Counted from the stretch's first letter, positions 1 to 13,689 are shown. The stretch is DNA of 64,000 nt from the human T2T-CHM13v2.0 reference genome, Homo sapiens (GCF_009914755.1 NC_060938.1); one strand, 5' to 3'. Translations and numbers: made by a program. The notes: generated by a model from the sequence alone, not told the origin.

Positions 1-390
1 TTCTAATTAGCCTTCACTACACTTGAACTACAGATGCTTTCTAAATGTGAAGCAGATAAATCGGATCATTTCAAGAAATTTAGATATATGACCCTTAGAC
101 TGAAAAGTTTAAAAGTAGTAATGCAGGAGACTTTGTAGTGGAGAAGAAGAAAATTTCACAGATAAATGGAATCTGAACTAAAAACTGTAAAGATATATGA
201 GAGATATAGAATAGAGAGGGGAAGATATTTTAGGAAGAGGGATATTATTTTGAGGAAATGTCACAGATAAGTATATTCATAAAAAGTGATGATAATCTGA
301 TTTTCCACTGATTGTATTGATAGTTTAAAACCTGAGCAGTACCAGGATGGGAAGTCAGGACCAAACAGCTGTGAAGGACTTATTGGTAAA

Positions 391-889
391 TGTAGGGTCC
401 TCAAATTTCTCCCTGCCTTTTCTTTCTGTGTCCTGACCAGAAAAATCACAGAGTGACTTGACTGCTCTGTGATCCAGCCAGCTGCAGGTTTTTCCCCACA
501 GGCTTGAACTCAAACCAGGGCCTTGAACCTTCCCAGATACTGATAAAAGTATCGAGGTTGTTGCCCCAAACACTGAAAGTAACAGGTCCCATCCCTGAGC
601 CAAATTCCTTTAACTCCCATATAAACTTGATATGCTGACCCATCCACTGCAGGATATAACCTGGGTAGAACACCCCTTTTCTCTTGCTGTCCTTTGCGAG
701 GACTGCTGCAGCCCGCTCTGTGCTTTCCTCTAAGAAATGGTTTGGACTGATCACCCTGGCAATTAGTGCTTCTGTCTTAGGAACCTCAACCTGCCTTATC
801 TCGGGATGGTTTGGGGCACTGTCTTGTGGGAATTCCCCTCACTGCTGCTTTTGGGGTGATTCCAGCTGTGGGTTTGGCAGGATGAAACA
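391..889 (+). mobile_element. Solo ERV-type LTR (family not assigned)
   Basis: TGT...ACA termini, ~500 bp, TATA-like tataaa and LTR-like composition. It interrupts module M11. Confidence 0.65.
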
Positions 890-1275
890 GGCATGGAGAT
901 TAAGGTTATACTTAACCTTTTGCTGGGGGTGAGCTCTGAGAGAAATGGTTTCTCCTCACTTCAGAAAGAAAAAGAAGCAGAATTTCCTTGCATTTCATGA
1001 AAAGTCCCCAAATCTATATTTATGAGAATACCAATGTCAACCAGTGCCTTTGGAAGGCAAAGCTCTGTGGACTATGTCAGAGGACTGAGGTATGAAAAAG
1101 TTTATAATTATTAACCCCTCCTCTTGCCTTTACAAAAACATCTGGTGCACCAACTTTCTTCAACCAGAAATCTTTCAAAGCATGAAGTTAATAAATGAGA
1201 ATGTAATAGGTCTGATAATGGTATGGACTCTATGGGAAATAGCAAATTAGCTAATAATTTTTCTAACTTTTACAG

Positions 1276-1392
1276 GATTCAAATGGAATTTTCACTTTAA
1301 GCCTTCTTTGGAAGTAATATATTTTTGTTTTTCAAGTCCGGAACAAAGAAAGAACAAAGATGATTTGATGTAGTGCAGCAGTTTGAAGATAG
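1276..1392 (+). ncRNA. Candidate non-coding exon (117 nt), antisense to M11
   Basis: Branch ctaat (1251), acceptor ttctaacttttacag|G, donor AG|gtaagc. Stops in all three frames. Confidence 0.4.
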
Positions 1393-1653
1393 GTAAGCTG
1401 GGGGAGAGTGAGTAGGGTTAGCAGTGATGCAGACCTGAAGGTGTTCAGGGCATGCCAAGGGATTCCATAATATCACATGCTTCACAGGTGACCATGCCAA
1501 CGCAGCAGAAAGCAGCAAGGCCAATATTCAGCTGGTATGCTGCAGTCCTACATACCACTTGGCATCAGTTTTTGATGGGTTAGGCATCTGTTCCATTTAG
1601 GTGAGGCCCATGCTATACTTGTTGTTAAATATTTTAAATATCCACCCCCAAAA

Positions 1654-1963
1654 CAAGGCCAGCTACATTATTTGTGGGGCATAGCGCAGAAAGAAAATGT
1701 GGGGTTCCTTATTCAAACAGCAGGAAAACATTACTGTTAAAGATACTAAAGTATGAAGATTTTTCTTTCTTCTGTAGTCTTTATCTCACCTTGTCATGGT
1801 ATTTTTAATTTACTATGTCATTCTACGTTTAATACATTAACAATTGAATAAATACACTTTATAAAAATTTCAAAATGGTGACGGCAGGGCATTAAGCCAA
1901 GTGCATGGCCCATTTGAGTGTGTGTTTCTGCACACAGGTCGAATGCCCATTAAACTAATCTTG
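1654..1963 (-). mobile_element. MER45B-like hAT-Tip100 non-autonomous element
   Basis: Ends caaggccagctacattatttgtggggc and gcattaagccaagtgcatggccc...gcacacaggtcg match the MER45 termini. Confidence 0.75.
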
Positions 1964-2169
1964 TCTGGAAAGTTAGAAAGTCTCAAACTTTAATAGCATC
2001 AAGATGAGCATTTGGCAAGAGCAATTCTTTCAGAGTACAGAATGAAAACAAGAAATAAACTAGAGACTTTGTATCTTTTACAACATAAGACATCCAGGAG
2101 TGCCGGGTACTATTCTGGGGGTGTAGGACACAAGCAGACAAGGAATATTGATATCAGCAGAGCACATGT

Positions 2170-3195
2170 TATGGACTTTCACAAACTCCTTGAGAAGGAA
2201 TCCTGCAGGAGCCTGTGGGCTGGAGGCTGGTACCAACAGGTGAATTCCCAAATGGTTGAATTGACCCTGCCTATCAGCTGCTGATGTGTGAGTTGATCTC
2301 AACCCAGAAAGAAGTCTACAGGGTGTGGGGCAGAATTTCAGACTCCATTTTCATCCTTGTTTGGTCAATATTTTTACCCAATGACTTGGGAGAACACTTA
2401 CATGGAATGAAACTGTGAAGAAGAGGAAATCCATTTAATGACCGAAATGAATAAAAAACCTTGGTCCTTTATTTCAGCCTTCCCAAATTTAAGAAGCACA
2501 GCTTGATACAAAAAAATAGTCATGTAAGCAAGGCATAGGAATAGGATCTTGAAAATGTGGATTCATAGTTGTATATGTAAAAAAGACCTAAAGGCGTTGC
2601 TGTAACTATAGCAAATTCATGCGAGTCAGCAGCATGAAGTAGCTAGAATAAAATAGCTAATTTGCTATTGAACTACGTAAATAGAAGTATAATATGTAAG
2701 ACAAGGATGGCGACAATGAAATTCCACTCGGTACACTTCAGATCACACCTGTGGTATTGTATTTAATTTTTTAAAAAGTGATGTGAACAACTGAGACTGT
2801 GATTATTGGAACTGAGCAGGTTTTGCTACCCTACCAAGCAGGTAGGGATTTAAAACAATGTAATATCTACCCTACTGAGCAGGTAGGGACTTAAAACAAT
2901 GGAATTTAAAGCAGAGTAGAAAAGTGGGATTATTTTGTTTTGAAGAAAGGAAAACTTGATAGGGAGGGGTGAAGAGGGGAAGGAAAGAAAGGAAAGGTGT
3001 TTCTGAATATCTGAAGAGCTCTCGTGGAAGAAGAATTAGTTTAACTAATTTAACTGAAGGATGAAACTACAGCCAATGGTAACTATGAGGAGAGGGTAGA
3101 TTTCAGCTCAGTGTTAGAAGGAACTCTGAATTATAAGAGCTTTTAAAAAGAAGAAATGAGCTGCTTTGAAAAGTAATAAATTCCCTGTCGGTAGA
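2170..3195 (+). mobile_element. L3/CR1 LINE fragment
   Basis: Degenerate RT-region motif (tcaatatttttacccaatgacttgg) and the L3 3' motif gatttcagctcagtgttagaaggaactct...gagctgc...ttccctgtc. Confidence 0.65.
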
Positions 3196-3214
3196 GCACT
3201 GGTGTGCTGTTATC

Positions 3215-3425
3215 AAAAGAGGGTAAGTTGTATAGTCAGACAATCAGGGTTCACATTCAGGCGTTGACACTTACTAGTTAGTATAACTTGGTAAACTGCT
3301 TACCATCTCCCGGTTTTAGTTTCTGATGGAGGAGGATGTCTAACTTTACTAGAAGTGTTTGGAACATTAGAGAAAATCTATGTAAATCCCTGATACACAC
3401 CCAAATATTGTGCTCATAAAATATA
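3215..3425 (+). mobile_element. MIR SINE
   Basis: Core motif agtcagac..gggttcacattcagg..cacttactag..aacttgg. Confidence 0.6.
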
Positions 3426-5964
3426 GAATGTTCATTACAGGCAGTATGTATCATTGGACACAAGTATATGAACATGTTTCTGGTCACAGAGGCTTAGTTA
3501 GACCTCAATATCTCTATCTGCAAGCCTTTAAAAAGTAGGAACTTGCTTAACATAGTTCTCATCAAACTTTCCCCTTAACTCAAATCATAAAAGCTATGAT
3601 GATAAGAATTTGCCTACATGAATATTTTTAGAGCTTTCCTAGTGAATCATCAGTTTTTACATGAGCATATTAAATATGGTAAGGTGAATTTTGATATTCA
3701 AAGCAAAAAAAAAAAGTAAATGGAATTTAATGTATTATAAGCTTAAACTAAAATATCTACATTCTCGTCTTGTTTTCCCATCCTGTTTTCTGAAGCATAT
3801 TTTTAAAACCATGGTATTTTCTAGACTGGGGTGGATGAATTAGGGAGGAATTATAGAGATCAGTACCAGCCAAGTGGGATAAGATAAATTCCATTTTATA
3901 GGTGGAATAACTGAGATAATACCAGTGGTAAATGTATTGGGTGCCTTCTACGTGTTAAGTGCTGGGGCAGATACTTTACATTCTCTGATTCAGGCCTTGC
4001 AGCAACCCTGACTGAAGCAAGCCATGTTATCTTTCTTCCAAGGTGAGGGGCAGAGCTCTGTGAGGACTGAGACCGTGCCTCTTTTATTCACCACACTTAC
4101 TCCCAGGGCCTAGAAAAATAACTGGCATATTAGGTACAGAGGAAATATTTGTTGAATCAGTGGACAAAGGAAAAAAGAAATGAAAACATGGAACCTCAGA
4201 AAGAACAAGCAAACTGACTGAGGTTACAAATCCCTCTAAATGGTGAAGGTTGACTCAGACTTGGGTCATTGTGTTGGCCCTCCTCAAAAGAGTTGCAGAA
4301 TCTACCCATATGCCCTGGGTTTTCATGCGCAGTATAAGGTGCCATGGTTAGTAATATGCATTTTCATGTGGAAAGATCATGGACTATCTGGTAACCGATA
4401 TTGGGTGCATCTGAGATAAAATATTATTACAGTTTTTTAGCCTCTGCAGTGGCATTTTTTTCGGAAACTTTTTTTTCTTTTTTTTACACAAGTTGATTCC
4501 ACTATCCTTTCTATATTAGATATTATTTTGAGTATGTCTTCTTTTCTCCTTCTGATTATGAGAACAATATATGGGAGACAACAAAATTACGTAGACTTAG
4601 GTGTGAATATTGACTGCCATATATCAGCTAAGTGACCTTAGGCAAGTTATGTAATGGGGATAATACTTCCTACATAGGTTCTTTTGTTTTCCTTTTTGGT
4701 CAGAATTAAATGAAATATGTGCATGTATATTGTAAGCATTCAATACCATGAATGATAAATTACTAACAATATATGCTTATTGTAGAAAATGTAAAAGTAT
4801 TAAAAAGAAAATAATAAAACACTCCCAATTCCATTTTCAAAGATTAATAGTTAGTAATTTGTTGTGTTTTCTTCTATCTTTTTCTCCTCTGTTTACATTT
4901 TTAAGTAGCTGAGATACCACTGCATATATAATTTTGTAAGCTGCTCTTCTTGTTTTTACCTCAGCAAGAGGCTAATTTGATGAAGAGATAAAAGCTGAAA
5001 AATGTCAGGCACGCCTTCCTTACCAGAGAATTTTGATGCTGTGTTCATAGAGCCCAGGTGGGCACTTCTTTGTCCTTTAAATTACTTTTCTATTCAAGGA
5101 GTGATGAAGTTGAAGGGTTGTTCCCTAGGACATCTGGAAGGCAGTAATCATTCTATGCTCTAATTGAGGAATAAATGTCCAGTTTTACTCTGTGCTTTTT
5201 CCAGGCCTGTGCTAATCAGGATGCTGGATCTTTGGGCTTTCAGATAATTAGTGATGGACGTTTTGCTCTGGTTGTTCAATAACCCTCCCTTTTTCTTTTC
5301 AATGCCTTCTCATTAGTAAGCCAAAGAGAAATTGCATCAAAGCAGCTAAATACACATTTATATGGCTCAAATATTATACCATGACCTGTTTGTGAATTAC
5401 TCAAGGACCTGGAGTATTTAACTTGAAAACCAGGTATGCTTCTAGAGATGAGAGAGGATTGCCTTTAACAAGGGACACACTCAGATGCAAGCACCCAATG
5501 GTAGAAAATGTCATGTGGCTGTTTTCTTCCTGGCTAGCTCTGTTCGTCGGAGCGACCAAATTCAGCTAAGGTCAGGGACTGAGGGGTTGATGAGCTGGCA
5601 CTTTTGGCTCTCACTTCATCTCGGGAAGGCATTGTGTTGTCAGAAATACACTTACTATTCTCAGGAGACAGGGCATTAAAATCCAAAGCAGTTACTGAAT
5701 GCTCAGAGCAAAGGTTCTAGAAACCGTCACTAGCCTAGAAAGATAAATAAAAAGCAGATGTAAGTAGGAGTTAGGAAGCATTGGCCGTGGGTTTTCTGTA
5801 TATTCTAACTGCTGAGAGTTTTGTTCCTGGCTGGAGTAGATTTCTAAAATTCTCATCATCACCATCATTTTCCTCCTCCTCATCATCATCATATTTGTTA
5901 CGTGTGAGTGAGCAGGGACAGAAAGCTGCTTGACTTGTCTTCTGTTAGGCTGGTGGATATAGCA

Positions 5965-6431
5965 TGTTGTGGGTTAAATCGTGTCCCTCCTTAAATATGT
6001 TCAAGTCCACACCCTTGGTATCTATGAGTGTGATCTTATTTGGAAACAGTATTTACAGATATAATCAAGTTAAGATGAGGGTCATATTGGATTGCAGGAA
6101 GAGGGAGGATCCCTAAATTCAACACTGGTGTCCTTATAACACTGTGTGAAGATACAGAGAGACACACTTGGAAGAACGCCACGTGAAGTTGGAGGCAGAG
6201 ACTGGGGTGATGCAGCTGCCAACCCACAGACATCAAGGATCGCAGACTACCCTCAGAAGCTAGGAAGAGGCAAGGATGATTCCTTCCCAAGACCCTTCAT
6301 GGGGAGCATGACCCTGCTAACACCTGGAATTTGGACATCTAGGCTCCAGAGCTATGACAGAATATGTTTATGTTCTTTTAAGCCCCCAAGTTTATGGCTT
6401 TTTGTCATGACAACCCTAGGAAACTAATAGA
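5965..6431 (+). mobile_element. MLT1C-like MaLR solo LTR
   Basis: Typical MLT1 sequence, 467 bp, with an intact 5-bp TSD TAGCA (5960-5964 / 6432-6436). Confidence 0.85.
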
Positions 6432-6603
6432 TAGCATGCATGAGACTGACCTCCACCTATAAGCGTACTTTTTCAGGAGGACTAGAGTTCTTTTCTGTTT
6501 TCAGATCGAGCTTTACACTGCTTCTTATTCACTATTGCCTCCCTGAGGAAAATACAGAAATAGGGTATTCTTACAGTCCTGAGGGACTCATGGGTATACA
6601 CAC

Positions 6604-6865
6604 CGTCTTAGGTTGGGTTTCCTTAGAAGTAGGCACTGACATGAGGATTTGTGTGGAAGCAGTTTCTTCGGAGACAATCCAAGGAAGCACTGATGAGGGA
6701 GTAGGGACATCTGATAGGGAAGGGAAGAAACAAATGAAGAGCCCATTACTGATCAGTTTACCATTGTGGGCAACCAGGGCTCAGTTCTACTGGGGAACTC
6801 TGGAAGACAATGCAAAACATACTTTAGAATCCCCCTCCACCACCAGAAGAGGGGAGTTGGAGACC
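6604..6865 (-). mobile_element. LTR33-like ERVL LTR fragment
   Basis: tcttaggttgggtttcc..gaagcac..gggagtagggac..gggaagggaag..accattgtgggcaac matches the LTR33 reverse complement. Confidence 0.65.
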
Positions 6866-8572
6866 TGTTGCCATAAATATGCCTTTTTTTCTTCCAAAAA
6901 TCTTGTCCTTTTTTATTCCTATAGTGTGTGTGGTCTGCATTTTTAGAATTTGTTTATTTTTAAATAACCTCTGTGAGATCAACCTCTCAATCTGCATATT
7001 CAAATTTCAAAGTCATAATGAGCAGGACTTTTCTTGGATAAAAGCTGATCAAACTGTATGTATTATCTTACTCCTTTCCATGATAATGCTGGATCCCTCT
7101 AGCCTGTCAGTGTGTAGGCATCATTCTGGAGCCTTCCTCCTCGATTTGCCTCTGCATACACATTTCCTGGATTAGAACCCTTAGTCCAGCTCTTGTCTAC
7201 ACTGTATGTTATGCACAATACCTGGAGAAGGTTAAGAGAACAGATCCTCAAAGGGTAGCTTTGAGGTCAAATATCCACATACTCTGAGTCTGCTTAAAGC
7301 AACACAGTGTAACTCCTTTGAGGATTTGAATTTGCCAACAGCTTACCAGGTGTGAAAGCCTGTTTACTTGATCTTTAGATTTTTTTTTTTAAGTCTTATT
7401 CTTAGTTACTGAGTCAGAATATCTGTTTTAGAAATGTCCTTTTAAGCTTTAGATTTGATTTGGCAAAGAGCATATATGAAAAAGTTAGCAAAGATTATTT
7501 AATTGTCTCTTTAACCAAGGAAATGATGAATGGGTCCAGGGATTACATTTGTCATGTATTTACATAGAAAGATTGCCCTACAAGAACATACTGTCCCCAA
7601 GTCAGAGAGCCTTTGGGTATTGCAAATTTTGTAAAGAAATTCAAGGCATGCAGGAGAGAAAAGTTTTATGTCACCTCAAACAATAGCAAGTGGCAATGGA
7701 ACACCTGTCAAATGAACCTGCTTTCACTCCAACAGCAGCAGCATCATTGAAACTTTCAAGGTGTGATGAATTCTTATCCACCATGTTTTACAAAATGTTA
7801 ATTCTTCTTGAACCAAAATTACAGTCCAGCAAATGAGCTCTTAGCAAAGCAACAAGTCATCATTCATATGAGGCTGTAGAGAGAACTTGAGCCAGAAATT
7901 ATTAGCACAAATGATTTGCCAGAAACAAAGTGGAATCTTATTACGGACCAGACAAAATGGTGAATTAGACAATGAGAGGCAAAATAAGCAGCCAGCTATA
8001 GAAAGAGGGGGAAATAGTGTCTCCAGAGGGTAAACTAGAAAATGGTTTTTATTCTGTGTTATCCTTTAGAAAAAACAATTACTGACCATCTCCATAAACT
8101 TTGTCACATGCTCTTTGTCCAGGGTTACCGAAGGTAGAGCCCTAGAGTTGTGAGATGTAGTTTTCTTGGGTTTTTGTTGTCTCCTGTGATTGTAATAGGA
8201 TCACTGTGTAGAGAGCCTATATCTGTCCTTTCTTTTAAATCTTCCTGAACTCTGCATACCACTGCTTTATTATAAATACATTTAAAAAATGAGGACATGA
8301 AATGGAAAGTTGTCTAGGGACTAGACTGTAATAACGTCTCCCTGGATATTAGGATTTGGTTTCTGAAAACCTTTGGGATAGGAAGTTTTAGTTAAATAAC
8401 TAAAGATCATATACAGGAGAATATAGGAATAGGTCTCAAGTATGACTCTGAAAGCCCTAATAAACATATACTTACACCTAAACCTATGACCATCTGTTTC
8501 TATGTTTATGTCTTTACCTTTCTCTATATCCATGTGTATAGCTAATTTTAATATATTTTTAAAATGTTCAGA

Positions 8573-9424
8573 CTTTTTTTATAAATTTTATTTTATTTTA
8601 ATTTTAAGTTCTGGGATACATGTACAGGACATGCAGGTTTGTTACACAGGTAAATGTGTGCCATGGTGGTTTGCTGCACTTATCAATCTGTCATTTATCC
8701 TGATGCTCTCCCTCCCCCAACACCCCCGGATATGCCCATGTGTGTTGTTCCCCTCCCTGTGTCCATGTGTTTTCACTGTTCAGCTCCCACTTACAAGTGA
8801 GAACATGCAGTGTTTGGTTTTCTGTTCCTGTGTTAGTTTGCTGAGGATAATGACTTCCAACTTCATCCATGTCCCTGCAAAGGACATGATCTTATTCCTT
8901 TTTATGGCTGCATAGTATTCTATGGCATATATGTACCACATTTTCTTTATCCAGTCTATCATTGATGGGCATTTGGGTTGATTCCATGTATTTGCTACTG
9001 TGAATAGGGATGCAGTGGACATATGCATGCATGTATATTTATAATAGAATGATTTATATTCCTTGGGGTATATACCCAGTAATGGGATTTCTGGGTCAAA
9101 TGGTATTTCTGGTTCTAGATCTTTGAGGAATTGCCACACTGTCTTCCACAATAGTTGAACTTGTTTACATTCCCACCAACAGTGTAAATGTGGTCCTATT
9201 TTTTCACAGCCTCGCCAGCATCTGTTGTTTCTTGACTTTTTAATAATTGTCATTCTGAGTGGCATGAGATGGTATCTCATTGTGGTTTTGATTTGCATTT
9301 CTCTAATGATCAGTGATGTTGAGCTGTTTTTCATATGTTTGTTGGCTGCATAATTGTCTTCTTTTGAGAAGTGTCCTTTGCCCACTTTTTATGGGGTTGT
9401 TTGGTTTTTTTTCTTGTAAATTTC
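8573..9424 (-). mobile_element. 5'-truncated L1PA (PA8-PA11-like) 3' end
   Basis: ORF 8780-9385 is the ORF2 C-terminus. 3'UTR and poly(A) remnant are present. Confidence 0.9.
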
Positions 9425-9827
9425 AAACATCATTATTTTAATGGTACAGGTTACAGCAACACATAACTATGGATATGTAAAGGCATGTATTTATGTAAAG
9501 ATATAAACATAGACACAGGTAGACTGTAACTATGTAGTTACAGTCATTCAAACAATACTATTTCAATTGGACTCCAAATTATATTTTACATATCTAAAAT
9601 TTTAAAAACCATAAATTTAATGCAGTTATTTCCAATTTCTTTCATCTTCAGGTGACTTTCTGAGATGCTATTTCTGGCAATTGTGGTGGTAAATCCTTCA
9701 ACATTTGGATCACTGAGTTCTTCGATTTTCTTCCTTCTCTTCAGAAATTGAAGTTGTAAAATTGTTTGAGAAGTTTTATCAGTTCCTGGATGCATTTGAA
9801 TAACACTAACCAGAGGACCAAGTAAAC

Positions 9828-9963
9828 TATATAGTTTGGATGCATTTGAAAACTACATATATAGTTTGAAACTACATATATATAGTTGAAAACTACATAT
9901 ATATATATAAAATATATAAATGTATATATGTATATATAATGTATATATATAAATATATAAATA
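9828..9963. repeat. AT-rich microsatellite with aaactacatatatag units
   Basis: Direct inspection. Confidence 0.8.
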
Positions 9964-11467
9964 CATTATTGTGTGTTTACTGGTCACATTATAACATATA
10001 ATTTAATTATAGAATGTCTGAGGAAATTAACAAAAGGTCAAAGAAGAAAATAAATCATTCATAATGCTGTCATCTCAAAGCAGCCATTGTTAACATTTTG
10101 GTACATGTCCTTCCAAATATATATTTTAAATATTTCCAAACATAATTGTTCTAATGACATAGTGAGGTTAAAGCAAGAGTAATTATCTTAAACTTCCCTG
10201 ACTTGTGCTCTCTCCAGCCTGATAAAGTGCCTAAGCTCTCCCTTATTACCATACCATGCTATTGTGGCAAGTCCAAAGCCGGTCCTATGGGCTCCTAAAC
10301 AAGCATGTCTTCTGCACTCCAAGTCTACAGTGCAAAAGCACTCCATGACAGCTCTTCAGCCACCTTGTCTTTATCTTCCTTGAGAATACCTTGTCTGTGA
10401 CAAGGGAACTTCTTCAGGTTCTCCCTAAACTGCAAATTCTTCAGCTAACAAAATAAACTTAATGCCCTGCAGTCCTCACTGTGGCAGAGCCATACTGTGT
10501 TTCATACCACATCTGCCGTGTCACTATCCTGGGGCCCTCAGAAGACGTGCTTGCCCTCAAGCCTAACAAAGTATTCCACAAAAATGCCTCCTTTTACCAG
10601 CACCTGCTCATTTTTTAGGACTCAAAAAATGCATAGCAACTGGGGAACAAACACTGTTCTGTTTGCTGCACCCTCTGTTTTTGACACTCCAGGCCCAGCA
10701 GAGCACATTTATCTCTGCCTATTAATGTGAGCAAACAGATTCCTTTACTGGCCCCACCAATTTAATCAGATATACTGTCAAACCTAGGCTCAAGCAGAGA
10801 TCCCTATGATATGTTTGTTTTAGCTTTTTTTTTCTTTACAGCGGGAGGAAACTTAAATAGCTTTCAGTAAAAAAATAAAAATGATTTTATCAAGGTTTCC
10901 TCTTTCTCTCCAATTCTTAGTTCCATTCTCTTCAAATAGTAGGCATGATGACCCTGGTTAGCCTGAGTTCCACCTCAAAATCTTAACAATTCCATCGGAA
11001 AGAAATTTTTTTTTCCCCATTTGCTTTGACAAAAATATCAGTGAAGCGTCTGACTGTCCTGGTTTAGGACATGTGCTTATTTTTTAGCACTCACTCTAGC
11101 CCAAGGATGGCTTACTGTGATGGGCTACAGCTGTGTTGAATACTCAATTACAGCTGTGTTACCTTCCCACTCCCAAGACCTGCAGAGGTGTAGAGGTCAA
11201 GAAGAGGCCCATGATTGAGTACTCAAGGACTGAAGAATATTATGAGAATCAGAGTGGAGAAGGATACGTTTTCAAAAAGATGCTAGACAGATAATACCTG
11301 AATATCTATTATCATATATATATATTTTTTGTTGTGATCATAGAAGGTAAGCTCCCCACAAGCAGGGTTTTTGGTTGCTTTGTTCACTATTGTGTCCTCA
11401 TCGTCGTGGTATATATTTTAAAAATTATTTTCACTTAAGACTGTATCATGACCATTTTCCCATGTGA

Positions 11468-11771
<304 letters not shown>

Positions 11772-12059
11772 TTAAATATTTTTTATAACATAATTTTAAG
11801 GACTCTACAGCATTCTATTGTTTGTAGTCTCCTACTTATTGCATCATTTTCTCCCAATTGTGCAAACCACTGTATATGTACTGTGATTTCCATCCTTTAA
11901 TGTTATAAATTTCTCTTCTGATCAATGCTACCCAACTAAAAGAAACCATGCAGTGCACATTCAGTGATTTGTTTTGAGTCTCTTTGCACCTCCTTAGAAA
12001 ATTGTATCAAATCATTTAAACCTCATATAAAGTTCCTGCTTTAATTTATGTAGTTGAGT

Positions 12060-12290
12060 ACTAGATCACTCTGTGTCTTGCTTCCTAAGATGTAAAATAA
12101 GCATGATAGTACTACTCACCTCATAGGGCTGTTATCAGCATAAATGAGTATAGTATTGCCTGGCACTTAGTATGTCTAAGTGCTCAATAATTATTGGTTA
12201 AAATAACCATTATTATTGTTACCATTACATTGCCTTTCTCTAAAAGTAGGGTTAATATGTTAGTATGAGGGCACTGAGCTCAATAAGTGG
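12060..12290 (+). mobile_element. MIR 3' half plus shared tail (copy 1)
   Basis: MIR core/3' motifs. Inserted in module M9. Confidence 0.65.
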
Positions 12291-13254
12291 AAGGGGCTAG
12301 CACTCGGAAAACAGAATCTGCAGGATATCAAATATAGATTACTACTTTTTGCAGTAATAATTGATGTATATGAAAAATTTGATTTGCTTCAATATGTTCC
12401 ACAAAGTACTGGCTTTTATTTTCATGATGCTGGGCTCTTCTGTATCCTGACCATTCTGTATTTGTGTTCTTTTATGGGGGACACCGTCTCTCTTTCAGTC
12501 ACATTTAATATTCAGTTTTTCTAGTGGTAGGAGGAGCATTTTAAAATGATTTCTATGAGTCCTTATTAGAAATGAACTCCCTACTGTGGCATCATAAGGT
12601 TTCATGTGTAAAACCATTAAACTTGAGAGCTGGAGCTGATGAGGCCTACCATCTAAGCACTTTATGTTCAATAACATTTGGCCTTCTAAAGCACTGCATA
12701 ATTAGAATAATATTTTTTACCAGATTAGGAAGTCGTCACTGCCTGTGCAGTTGCAGGAGGGAGAACAAGTTTGGAAATCAACAATCCAGACTTCCAAGCT
12801 TCCACTCTTCATTCATTTCACCTCACAGGCTAGTCACAACACAAAGCGATGGTCACTTGGAGTCATGGATCCAATATGCACACAGTTGTGGAAGAAATGC
12901 AGAGACAATTTAATGTGTTTTCAATGAAGAATTGGCAGTTGTGGAAGGAATACTGCAGGTCCTCTTCTACTCTCAAAGGTGAGCTCCTCAAGGGCAGTGG
13001 TCTTGTCTGGCATGTTTTTGTATCGCCAGTGCCTGTGCAACCATAACCAAATGCCTCCTACTGGCCTGGATCTGTGGCAGGAGACTTACCTGATCTCATT
13101 GAATTCCCATAACAGCCTGAGGGGCTGGCAGCAGTAGACTCGTTTAAGAACCAGAGTGAGAAAACTGTGCAATTAAGTAGAGTAGCAGGGTGAGAAAACA
13201 GGTTCAGGTCTGTCTGCCACAAAACCCGTGTCTGGGAGGCATGTGACGGGGAGT

Positions 13255-13552
13255 CGGGAAGTGGACTCTGGAGCTGAACTATCTGACCTCCAACCCTGGC
13301 TCTGCCACTCACTGGCTGTGTCACTTAATCTCTCTGTCTCCAGTCCTACAATGTAAAATGAGAATGGTAACGATACTTGCCTCAAAGGCTATAAGCTTAA
13401 ATGACTTTATAGTACTGCCTGGCATATACTATGTGTTCAGCAAATATCAGCAAAAATAACCATTATTGTTATGGTTGTTTTTGTTATTGTTACACTGCCC
13501 TTCTCTAAGAGAGAGTTTTAAATTTTGGCATTAGGGCACTGGGCTCAATAAA
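13255..13552 (+). mobile_element. MIR plus shared tail (copy 2)
   Basis: ggactctggagc..ccctggctctgccactcactggctgtg..cttaatctctctg..tgtaaaatgagaat. Confidence 0.75.
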
Positions 13553-13689
13553 TGATTAATAACATCGATTTTCTCTACAGAGAAGATCTTGGAATCTAAT
13601 ACATCTAATTTAATTTTTCCCTTAAATAATGGTTAGATAAGTATTAAAATGTGAATCTCCTTTTCTTTAAAGCAAAGGAGAAATGTTTA

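Larger units (their letters stand above)
1..4410 (-). pseudogene. Fossil ZNF862-like hAT module M11 (runs off window start)
   Basis: Minus-strand hand translation with frameshifts. TTF-finger-like P*SF..TLYC..NSFEEG (~4390-4275) follows acceptor ttttatctcag|a at 4410. WLKKVGAPDVFVKARGGV..FIPQSSDIVHR (~1170-1065) resembles ZNF862 WVVGLGTDGSAMLSCRGGL..IPQLLPVHCVAHR. FTAVWS*LPILV, ILFLKYL, VFSSDSIYL and HLESICS (390-20) follow in the expected order. Interrupted by an LTR, MER45B, L3 and MIRs. Confidence 0.6.
5024..7873 (-). pseudogene. Fossil ZNF862-like hAT module M10 (putative single exon)
   Basis: Acceptor gttctctctacag|c at 7873. In order: WTVILVQEELTFCKTW (TTF finger), SYMLFAKSNL, QSMWIFD, CLHTD, PAHYDFEI, YLKINKF*KCRPHTL*E*K..FLEEK (cf. 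KFYQSSNKRLNELQE..LEQE), QPGTK, YLAALMQFLF..EKG..LSE. Donor ctg|gtaagg at 5024. Interrupted by LTR33 and MLT1C. Confidence 0.7.

Noticed and set aside
6440-7175. Plus-strand ORFs of 168 and 98 aa
   Set aside because: They run through LTR33 and are antisense to M10, with no recognisable domain.
7700-7965. Plus-strand peptide TKWNLITDQTKW resembling an RTE LINE C-terminus
   Set aside because: The minus strand gives a longer, collinear TTF/hAT motif series with a splice acceptor.
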